A stretch of 64,000 bases of DNA. It comes from Promethearchaeia archaeon (GTDB lineage Archaea > Asgardarchaeota > Lokiarchaeia > Sigyniarchaeales > SOKP01). The stretch spans positions 28,096 through 92,095 of the forward strand of contig JAWOCD010000080.1 of the NCBI GenBank assembly GCA_046483985.1. Reading direction: 5' to 3'. The notes under the pieces were generated by a model. It was given only the letters and a program-made list of their open reading frames with translations, ran no database searches and was not told where the DNA came from. This document shows positions 10,755 through 18,995 of the stretch, piece after piece. The position numbers were made by a program, and so were the translations under genes. Each line of letters begins with the position of its first letter. Position 1 is the first letter of the stretch.

Positions 10755-11174
10755 ATGACAAATAAGAAAAAATTAGAAAAACGAGATATTAGAAAAAAGC
10801 GCCAACGTCTATTAAAAAAGCGGAGAAAAAAATATGGGACGAAAGACATTGAGGAAGATGATGAGGTTCCCGATGATAAAATGGAATTAATATTTCAACG
10901 AGAGACAAAGTTATATTGGATCAGGGCCGTGACGGGGGCAGTGAGTGCTCTTGTCGGTAGGTTATTTCTAGGCCTAGTAGGGTGGTGGTTGCTATTATTT
11001 ATGGTGTGTATGTGGTTTGGTTTCCCTTTTCTTGTAAATTTCGTTTTATTAGGATATGGTTATGATAAAGAAGATTGGAACTGGAAAAATATAATAAAGC
11101 CTGGAATTGGTATTTACTTCTTTCTCTTTATGATTGTTGGAGTATTTATCCACACGCTATTACAATTTGTGTAA
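10755..11174 (+). CDS. Three-TM membrane protein, EMC6/Rab5ip-like
   Basis: LYWIRAVTGAVSALVG...GLVG...GIGIYFFLFMIVGVFIHTL resembles the EMC6 three-helix pattern. Confidence 0.55.
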   Translation: MTNKKKLEKRDIRKKRQRLLKKRRKKYGTKDIEEDDEVPDDKMELIFQRETKLYWIRAVTGAVSALVGRLFLGLVGWWLLLFMVCMWFGFPFLVNFVLLGYGYDKEDWNWKNIIKPGIGIYFFLFMIVGVFIHTLLQFV

Positions 11175-11195
11175 GTTCTATTCTCAAACTAAAAT

Positions 11196-11699
11196 TCAAT
11201 AAAAAGTTTGTTTCACTCTTTTTTGTGGTTTTTCTTTTCGTTTAAAAATTATCTCATTTAATCTATACACTCTACCGCAATAGGCACATTGAATTTTCAA
11301 GGGTTTTTTTTCTAACACCTTAAATTCCGTATCGATAGGCTCTTTGGGAGAATTTGTTATACAATTTCTATTGACACAGATAATTAACTTTTTAATTACT
11401 TTGGGGATTTTAACTTGTTTCTTCTCGATAACCTTATAATTATTTATTAGAGAGATTGTAGCATTAGGGGCTAATATGGAGATTTGCTGCATTTGCACCT
11501 CATTTAAAAAAACTCCCTCTATTTTTACAATATCCTTAGTGCCATACTTATTAGAAGAAACATTAACTCCAATGGTCATTAAGTTTTCAGTTTCATCTAA
11601 GCCTGTCAAATTTAAAATTGTTAAGGCGTAACCAGCGTCAATATGGTCTATCACAGTGCCTTTGTAAATTCTGTCAATTCTTAATTTTTTTTCACTCAA
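11196..11699 (-). CDS. pyrI: Aspartate carbamoyltransferase regulatory subunit
   Basis: GTVIDHI, KDIVKIE, CxNxNCIT and CxYC motifs. Confidence 0.95.
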   Translation of the reverse strand: MSEKKLRIDRIYKGTVIDHIDAGYALTILNLTGLDETENLMTIGVNVSSNKYGTKDIVKIEGVFLNEVQMQQISILAPNATISLINNYKVIEKKQVKIPKVIKKLIICVNRNCITNSPKEPIDTEFKVLEKKPLKIQCAYCGRVYRLNEIIFKRKEKPQKRVKQTFY

Positions 11700-11779
11700 T
11701 TTTTAACATCCTTCTCCTTTTTAGAAATATTTATTATTATTATCATAAAAAATTATTCATTAATTAATTAATATCCAAT

Positions 11780-12871
11780 TCAAGCAATGAATATTGCGAT
11801 AAAGAAAAGAACGGTGGTTACTAACACATTATAGCTCAAATTATCATCAATATCCAGATTCAAATAATCCAGAGATCCTATAAGAAGTGAACCAATTAAG
11901 GGGATTAAAAAGAAACCTAAAATGCTAATGATAAAGTAACCCCTCAGAAGAATAAGGATAAGAATGCCCGAAATATATGCAGTAATAATACCAGCAAATA
12001 ATCCCTCATAGGTCTTGCGGGTATCTCTTATATGATGAGCTCCAAAAACCCTCCCAATTAAATTTGACGAGATATCACTTAATATTGCCATAGTCATCGT
12101 GGTGCAGATTACTAATGGCCCAATTGGTTGAAATAAACCAAATAAAATAATTATTGAAAAGCAACCAATTGCCATGGATATCTGAGGACCAAATCGCATA
12201 TGTGATTCCTTTTCCTTCTCTCTTAGAATTCTATTAACGGGTTTAAGAGGATATAATTCAGGCTTTAAAATTCTCACAATATCTGCAGTCATTAAACCGA
12301 TTAATGAAATTCCCACGAGAAAAACAACAAGATATTGGGTAAAAATCATCAATCCTTCCTTTTCCAATTCGAAAATAGGGTTAAGTATTTCTAGTATCCA
12401 AGGATAAGAAGTAGTTAAAATATTCACTAAGAAATTTTTAACTAGAAAACCAAGAGTAAAATAAAATAAAATAATTGTAAGTACAACTAAATGAGCTAAT
12501 TTTCGATAGATATCATATTTAAGTGGTAGTTCATTAGAATCTCCCTTATTCTTATCATTTTTATCATAATTGGTTTTTTTTCTTTTTTCCCTTATCATAA
12601 GTAGATAAAATACTGGAAGAAAAAAGGCAATAAATACTATCATCATTAAATCGAAGGGGAATATAATAAAATTTATCGATGAAATTTTCAACTGATTTAC
12701 AATGATAAAACTGACGGTTATAGCACTCAATAATACTAAGGCATTCGCAAGATTGTTTATAAATGCTCCAGACTCCTTCTTCCTTGCTAAATAAGTTATA
12801 TAGCAGAGAAAAAAACAATAAAGATAAAGAAAACAAACGATAATAAATGATAAAAGCTTCAATATGTCCAA
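11780..12871 (-). CDS. CTP-dependent polyprenol/diacylglycerol kinase family (dolichol/phytol kinase-like)
   Basis: RKLAH, D...LIGRVFG...KTYEG and DDNL motifs; multiple TM segments. Confidence 0.8.
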   Translation of the reverse strand: MDILKLLSFIIVCFLYLYCFFLCYITYLARKKESGAFINNLANALVLLSAITVSFIIVNQLKISSINFIIFPFDLMMIVFIAFFLPVFYLLMIREKRKKTNYDKNDKNKGDSNELPLKYDIYRKLAHLVVLTIILFYFTLGFLVKNFLVNILTTSYPWILEILNPIFELEKEGLMIFTQYLVVFLVGISLIGLMTADIVRILKPELYPLKPVNRILREKEKESHMRFGPQISMAIGCFSIIILFGLFQPIGPLVICTTMTMAILSDISSNLIGRVFGAHHIRDTRKTYEGLFAGIITAYISGILILILLRGYFIISILGFFLIPLIGSLLIGSLDYLNLDIDDNLSYNVLVTTVLFFIAIFIA

Positions 12872-13002
12872 TTAAATTATTTATTTTAGTTGAAAAAGTT
12901 TCTCTTAAATTTTAAGATTTATTCAATAAAAGGAGTCTTAAAAAATAAAGAAAAATAAAGAAAAAATTATGAATTAATCTTTTATATTACCTAAAATCAT
13001 AT

Positions 13003-14406
13003 CTAAAATTGAGACTCATCAATATCCGGCATATCAGCATCGTTTAAAGCTTGCTTGATCGCCTCTTCAGAAAGCTCAAAATCCTCGAGATCTCCAGTCA
13101 TATATTCTTTATACGCTTGTAAATCAAAATGTCCGTGTCCGCTGAAATTAAAGACGATAACCTTTTTTTCATTGTTCTCTTTTGCCTTTTCGGCTTGAAC
13201 CATAGCTTCCTTTATAGCGTGGCAAGTTTCGGGGGCAGGAAGAATACCTTCTGCTCCAGCGAACGTTAATCCTGCTTCAATAATCTCCGTTTGGAAGTGT
13301 GTTGTGGCAGTAATTACATCATTATTATAAAGGTTAGATATAATAGGAGCAATTCCATGATATCTTAATCCTCCTGCATGGATTGGTGTCGGAATAAAAT
13401 TATGCCCTAAGGTATGCATCTTCAAGATTGGAGCTTGTTTTGCAGAGTCCCCATAGTCCCATCTATACTCTCCTTTACAGACACTAGGACATGCTTTAGG
13501 TTCCACACCGATAATTTCCACGTCGGGGAGATCTCCACGAATTTTATCTCTTGCAAAAGGAATCATGAATCCGCTAAAATTTGAACCTCCTCCCATACAC
13601 CCTATTAAGATATCCGGTTTCTCTATACCTGCTTTTTTCAGTTGTTTCTTTGTTTCTTGTCCAATCACTGTTTGATGTAAACAGACAAAATTAATCACGC
13701 TCCCTAAAGAATAACGTGCATTATCGCCCCTCAAACTATGTTCTACTGCTTCAGAGATCGCAATCCCTAAACTTCCCGGGTGATCGGGATCCTTTTCATA
13801 GTAACTCCTTCCAGATTCTGTAAACCGTGAAGGACTTGCATGAACTTCTCCGTTATAGGATCTCATTAAAATTTTTCTACCTGGCTTTTGTAAAAAGCTG
13901 GCTCGGACCATATAAACTGTACATTTAATATTAAATAAATTACAGCCAAATGAAAGAGCCGATCCCCATTGACCTGCACCAGTTTCAGTGACTAACTCGG
14001 TCATACCATCTTTTTTGGCATAATATGCTTGCGCTAAAGCTGTATTCGGTTTATGAGAGCCAGTTGGGGATAACGATTCATTTTTAAAATAAATCTGAAT
14101 ATCATCTCCCACGACATCTAAAACATTCTCTAATGCTAACGCTCGATGTAAGGGTGAAGGACGGTAAGTTCTCGCGTAAATTTCCCTTAGTTTCTTTGGA
14201 ATATCTATAAGCGGCTCTTGAGATACTTCTTGCATTACACAACTCTTTGGGAATATCTGAAAAGCCATTTCAGGTGGTGCAGGTTTCTCATCTTGTGGGT
14301 TAACTAAGGGCGTCATAGGTGTAGGTAAATCTGGTAAAATATTTACCCATTGCTTTGGAACCTCGCTTGGTTCAAGCAAGATTCTTCCATTAAAATTGTC
14401 AACCAT
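13003..14406 (-). CDS. trpB2: Tryptophan synthase beta chain type 2 (TrpB2)
   Basis: TGSHKPN (PLP lysine), TETGAGQWG, GGGSN, IHAGGLRYHG and SGHG motifs. Confidence 0.95.
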   Translation of the reverse strand: MVDNFNGRILLEPSEVPKQWVNILPDLPTPMTPLVNPQDEKPAPPEMAFQIFPKSCVMQEVSQEPLIDIPKKLREIYARTYRPSPLHRALALENVLDVVGDDIQIYFKNESLSPTGSHKPNTALAQAYYAKKDGMTELVTETGAGQWGSALSFGCNLFNIKCTVYMVRASFLQKPGRKILMRSYNGEVHASPSRFTESGRSYYEKDPDHPGSLGIAISEAVEHSLRGDNARYSLGSVINFVCLHQTVIGQETKKQLKKAGIEKPDILIGCMGGGSNFSGFMIPFARDKIRGDLPDVEIIGVEPKACPSVCKGEYRWDYGDSAKQAPILKMHTLGHNFIPTPIHAGGLRYHGIAPIISNLYNNDVITATTHFQTEIIEAGLTFAGAEGILPAPETCHAIKEAMVQAEKAKENNEKKVIVFNFSGHGHFDLQAYKEYMTGDLEDFELSEEAIKQALNDADMPDIDESQF

Positions 14407-14455
14407 TTTTAAGTAACCATTTTTTAAGTTTTGTTAAGTTTTTTAGTACACGATT

Positions 14456-14530
14456 CGTTATATTATTGGAATTCAATAATATTAACGCACATTAAAAACC
14501 ATCTTTTTATCATAGAGATTATAAAAAGAT
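14456..14530. promoter_or_regulatory. Two inverted repeats in the trpB2 leader
   Basis: atctttttat-N10-ataaaaagat (14501-14530, perfect) and cgttatattattg-N5-caataatattaacg (14456-14487, one bulge). Confidence 0.55.
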
Positions 14531-14564
14531 AAAAGAAGTAAATCAATCAGGTTTAGTCCAATGC

Positions 14565-14588
14565 AAAAAGGCGTCTATTACCAACGCC
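14565..14588 (-). terminator. Hairpin plus U-tract overlapping the end of the leader ORF
   Basis: GGCGU(U)-GGUAAUA-(G)ACGCC followed by UUUUU on the minus strand. Confidence 0.5.
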
Positions 14589-14631
14589 AAGGCCACTGCC
14601 AGCGCCAAAAATCTAATTTTACAGGTGCCAT
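14578..14631 (-). CDS. Putative Trp-rich leader peptide of trpB2 (MAPVKLDFWRWQWPWRW)
   Basis: ATG at 14631; 5 TGG among the last 9 sense codons; tandem TAA TAG stops; same strand and about 170 nt upstream of trpB2. Confidence 0.8.
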   Translation of the reverse strand: MAPVKLDFWRWQWPWRW

Positions 14632-14717
14632 ATGCTTTCTAAACCATTATTTAAAATATATATATTATTATTGTCCAAATTATAAAAAGTTAATGGAATA
14701 AAAAATCCGAAGTCTGT

Positions 14718-15125
14718 TCATTCTCTCCCTTCAAAAATTTTTTCAATGCGATTTGCAGCTACCCTTGATACCTTTACAGTTTTCATTAGGGTATCAATTG
14801 TTGTACCCGCACAAACTATAACCAAACGCTGTGCATTTGTGATAACTATATATCCATCTTCCGCGCGCACGATGATTTCAGCCAAATCTTCTTGAAACAA
14901 GGTTTTTATGGTAGATTTCCCACTAAGTACTAAACTAGCTGCTAACCCACAAAATGCATCACTCTCTACATCGTAATTGGGTAATGCACTAAATGCTATT
15001 TGGTACCCTTCAGACGAGACTAAGGCAATTGCTTCAATTTCAGTATTTGAAGTAATAAAGCTAATTTGCGGGCTTATCTTCTCAATATCATCTTCTGTGA
15101 TACCTAAATCGGAACCAAACTCCAT
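14718..15125 (-). CDS. Roadblock/LC7 domain protein
   Basis: IEAIALVSSEG...AASL...EIIVRAEDGYIVI pattern. Confidence 0.85.
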   Translation of the reverse strand: MEFGSDLGITEDDIEKISPQISFITSNTEIEAIALVSSEGYQIAFSALPNYDVESDAFCGLAASLVLSGKSTIKTLFQEDLAEIIVRAEDGYIVITNAQRLVIVCAGTTIDTLMKTVKVSRVAANRIEKIFEGRE

Positions 15126-15295
15126 CGAATCAAACCATAAAAAATATTTTTATTTTGTTTATAAAATCTGTTTATAAAATTAATAGAAAACTTTTATTTA
15201 AAATTTTTACTGAAGTTTAAAATTATAATTACTGCATGACTTATTAAAAAATGAAAAAAGAAAAAAATTATCAATTCTTATACAAGGCAAGGGTT

Positions 15296-15718
15296 TTATT
15301 CCATCTTAGCTAAAATTTTGCCCATTCTGGTCATTATCCCCTGCATTGCCTGAGCCAACCCTTTCATTCCGTTCTCCTGTCTTTGTGCATAATCCCTAAG
15401 AGAATCTAAAATAGGACGTAATTGCATGACATTATTTGACATATTCTGAATGTCATTTTTCATTGTTTCAATATCTGAACCCACCTTTTTTACGACTTCC
15501 AATGAGTTACTTAATTCATTTAAATTCTCAGATAATTTTTCTGAAACATCTGACATCCCCTTGATCGTTTCAACACTATTTGATAATTCTTCTACTTGAG
15601 GACCTAATTCAGGTAAAGATTTCTTTAGTTTTTCCACTGTACTAATCAGATAACGTCGTCCACTCATGACCTCTTGTAGAGATTCTTGTATTTCTTTAAA
15701 AATGCCTTTTTCTCCCAT
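15296..15718 (-). CDS. Coiled-coil protein (GRRY-motif paralog)
   Basis: Continuous heptads; N-terminal EVMSGRRYLI. Confidence 0.7.
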   Translation of the reverse strand: MGEKGIFKEIQESLQEVMSGRRYLISTVEKLKKSLPELGPQVEELSNSVETIKGMSDVSEKLSENLNELSNSLEVVKKVGSDIETMKNDIQNMSNNVMQLRPILDSLRDYAQRQENGMKGLAQAMQGIMTRMGKILAKME

Positions 15719-15732
15719 TTATATTTGCCTCT

Positions 15733-16458
15733 TTATTGATTTTTCCATTTATTGATTTTTGATTTTAAAGTTTCCATATTCTTCTCATTTATCTCAACAT
15801 CGCCCAGTGCCTTTAATCTGCCAGATTCCATACTTAATTCGAATAATTTAGGATCCAACGGATTTTCTTTGGATAATTTTGTTCTCAAATCATCAATCTT
15901 ATTTCCAATTTCCACCGCTGTACTTCCCGCTTCTGCTGCATCCAGTATAGTATCAAATTCGGTCCCCCCGCCAGAGGCGGAGCCCGATGGTGAACTGGAT
16001 GGACTTGGACTTGGCTCTGACGGTGCGGGAGATGGAGCCGATGATTGTGATGTTGATGAACTGGAGGGCGTTGGTTGCGACTTAGTGGAAGATTGTGGTT
16101 GTGGCGTGGGCGCAGTACTGGGTGCCGTAGTGGATTTTGCACTTGTAGAAACACCGCCTTCTTTTAAAGCATTTACTGCGTTTAAAGTTGTATTTGTAGT
16201 GCTATTGAGCGAATTTACGCTGGTACTCAGATTATTAACGCTGTTTTTTAAGTTTTTCATGGAGTTAATTGCCTCTTGCATAAAGGACTTCATTTCATTA
16301 ACTGCCCCAGTAATTTCGCTTAATGAATCGCCAACTGATGTATCTTGTATATCACTTACGGTTTCTTTTAATTTACCGATCTCCGCGATAATATATCTTC
16401 GTCCTAATATTACTTCATCTAATTTCTCCATTAACTGATCAAAAACTGTTTTGGACAT
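15733..16458 (-). CDS. Coiled-coil protein with S/P/T-rich linker and C-terminal helical domain (GRRY-motif paralog)
   Basis: N-terminal EVILGRRYII, heptads and a disordered linker. Confidence 0.7.
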   Translation of the reverse strand: MSKTVFDQLMEKLDEVILGRRYIIAEIGKLKETVSDIQDTSVGDSLSEITGAVNEMKSFMQEAINSMKNLKNSVNNLSTSVNSLNSTTNTTLNAVNALKEGGVSTSAKSTTAPSTAPTPQPQSSTKSQPTPSSSSTSQSSAPSPAPSEPSPSPSSSPSGSASGGGTEFDTILDAAEAGSTAVEIGNKIDDLRTKLSKENPLDPKLFELSMESGRLKALGDVEINEKNMETLKSKINKWKNQ

Positions 16459-16694
16459 ATTTATCTCCTCAATTCTTAATTTATTGAATATATTTTTTGA
16501 GCATTATATTTCTACTTGATCATCCTAAAAAAATGTAAAAAATTCTTTAAATAATTTTAAAGCAAATTAACCAAGTAATTATATTATAATAATATTATTA
16601 TAATTTTAAAATATTTAAAAATTTAAATTGGTCAAATATTATATTGATAAATGTTCATAATTTAATTGAATCATACTAATAGAGAATAGAGAAG

Positions 16695-18995
16695 ATGATA
16701 ACAACTCGCGATTCTATAAACTTCCAATATTCTATAATCTTTGGATATTCTTCTTACAAAGAAGATTTAACCGCGGGCAATATAATTGGTCCCGGTAAAT
16801 TAGCTAGGAAAAAGGTTAAAACGCTTTCTAATGAAGTAATCCAATTTTTAAAAATGTATAATGCTATGCTTCAAGACTTCTCCGGTTCAGAGGTATTTGC
16901 TATTGAATTCTCTTTGTATAATATTTCAGAAAAGGAATCTGAAATTTATCCAAAATCCATGATACTTGTTCCTGGTAAGTATAAGGAATGTGAAAGTTTA
17001 TTACTAGCCTTAAAGCCAGATTTAGGATATTTAAACGTTCATAGATCAAGAAAATCGTTAAATAATATCAGTGAATTATTTTTTGAAATAGAAGAGTTTT
17101 CAGAACATCCAAAGTTGAATAAGAAAAAACAATCCCGATTATTGGATAAGTTTGCTGATAGATTTAGCCAAAAACTTTATGGGAATTTGTTAGAGGATAA
17201 ATGGAACAAAAAAATGATAGGGTTAAATCAAGCTCTACCAACCGACAAAGAATTTTTAAAGAATTATGCTACAATTAAAACAAAATATAATATCCTCTGG
17301 AAAGAACAACCTCACCAATTAGAAATTTTTAACCAAACATTTGAAAAATATAGTCCTCTTTCTGATGAAAAGTTACGGAAAGAACATTTAAAATATATGA
17401 TTTCTGAACCTAGCGCAGAGTTCATCATAAAAAATACTCTGAAATTAGGGTCAAATCTCATGGATTTGGTCAATACAGGCACCCTTGACGAAACCCAAGA
17501 TAATTTAATACGTTTGTTCTTGAATAAAATATACGAGAAAGTGGAACAAGAAAACACCAGAATAAAAGTTCATGATCTTATTTCAAAAATAGAACATATT
17601 TGTAATGAATTAAAAGTAACCACGAATAAATATTTAGAATATCTTAATAAATTTCTCAAATCTGGGAAGCAAGGAACTCTAAATCAAGTTATAACTCAAT
17701 TAGACCAGTTTATTAAAGATCAACAAAAATTTAATAATGAGGATTTTAAAAGGATAAATAAAATCTTTACAGACCTTTGCAAAGTAAACCTATCAAACAA
17801 AGATACATTGAGAGCGATTGATCTAAAATCATCAAATCACTACTTTTCTGAAGCAATTAAAAGTAGTTTTAATATGATTACTGAGCATATTACAAAATTT
17901 TTAACCTTTAGGCATTTTCTTAGCTTAAATGATGTTTTTGAAGAACATCTCAGAAACGTTTTTGAAAAAGAAAAAAAGCCTGCAAAAATGTTGGCAAATA
18001 AAATTATAACCCGGTTTAAAGACAATATCCGAGATGAAATAGAAATTCATCCTCTTTTATCCACAGAAGAGATTCAATATGAGGAAGAGAAAATTAATAA
18101 GGCATTTAGAGAAATATTGCTTCGGAATTTATCGGAAATAACCAATTTTGATTTAAGCATTAAAGATATCGTTTCATTTGCTGAGATTTTAATGGATCAA
18201 GACAAACGAGATATAATTAATGGTGATATCGAAAGATTTAAGAAATTTTCAGATGAAATAATCTACCTTTTAAGCTATATTCTCAGATATAATACAATAA
18301 ACCTATTCATAAAAGATTTGGAAACCAATGAATTTATAGACCCTGTTATGTTCGCCAATAAATTTCATCGATTTTTAGAGAAAAGAATTGGGGGAATAAA
18401 ATTAGAATGGAAAGAATACATTCTCGAGTGGATCAAGGATTATGCTTCAAAATTTATAAAGATGCAAAAAGCACCAAGTTGGAACTTAAAAGAACTTTAT
18501 GATGATTTTGTCCAGTATTTAACGGAAAGGGGTTCAAAAGAACGAAATTCGAAAAATTTTCTCGATTTTCTCGATTACTATATCGGTCAAACTAAAAATG
18601 ACCAGAAAAAGAAAGCGCTTTTAGATTTCCTAAGAAATTACGAATCGTGTCTGGGTATTAAAACGGAATTTCCAAAGTATATTAGAGACCGAATCGAAAA
18701 ACAGTTAGAGGTATTTGAATTTCCATCAAAAAAAGAAAAACCAATTAATTATTTAATAGAAAATGAAGAAGAGAAATTCTATAATTATATCGTCACGAAG
18801 GAACTAAAATATTATTCAAAATTAGTCCCGCGTCCCTATACTTTAATATTGAAACATCAGTTCAATAATGAAGAACGGGAGAACTTTCGGAATGATCTCT
18901 ATCATAATTTTAATTTCAAATTTTTTAAAAATAATATAAAAATTAATATCTCAGATAATTTTAAAGAAGTCTATAAAAAGTGGGCCAAAAAATGA
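16695..18995 (+). CDS. Large hypothetical protein
   Basis: 766-aa ORF, mostly helical. Confidence 0.7.
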   Translation: MITTRDSINFQYSIIFGYSSYKEDLTAGNIIGPGKLARKKVKTLSNEVIQFLKMYNAMLQDFSGSEVFAIEFSLYNISEKESEIYPKSMILVPGKYKECESLLLALKPDLGYLNVHRSRKSLNNISELFFEIEEFSEHPKLNKKKQSRLLDKFADRFSQKLYGNLLEDKWNKKMIGLNQALPTDKEFLKNYATIKTKYNILWKEQPHQLEIFNQTFEKYSPLSDEKLRKEHLKYMISEPSAEFIIKNTLKLGSNLMDLVNTGTLDETQDNLIRLFLNKIYEKVEQENTRIKVHDLISKIEHICNELKVTTNKYLEYLNKFLKSGKQGTLNQVITQLDQFIKDQQKFNNEDFKRINKIFTDLCKVNLSNKDTLRAIDLKSSNHYFSEAIKSSFNMITEHITKFLTFRHFLSLNDVFEEHLRNVFEKEKKPAKMLANKIITRFKDNIRDEIEIHPLLSTEEIQYEEEKINKAFREILLRNLSEITNFDLSIKDIVSFAEILMDQDKRDIINGDIERFKKFSDEIIYLLSYILRYNTINLFIKDLETNEFIDPVMFANKFHRFLEKRIGGIKLEWKEYILEWIKDYASKFIKMQKAPSWNLKELYDDFVQYLTERGSKERNSKNFLDFLDYYIGQTKNDQKKKALLDFLRNYESCLGIKTEFPKYIRDRIEKQLEVFEFPSKKEKPINYLIENEEEKFYNYIVTKELKYYSKLVPRPYTLILKHQFNNEERENFRNDLYHNFNFKFFKNNIKINISDNFKEVYKKWAKK

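Noticed and set aside
15752-16438. 228-aa plus-strand ORF and other long antisense ORFs (e.g. 46401-46946, 34626-35033, 7401-7799, 28454-28876)
   Set aside because: They are shadows of better-supported genes on the opposite strand and show no family motifs.
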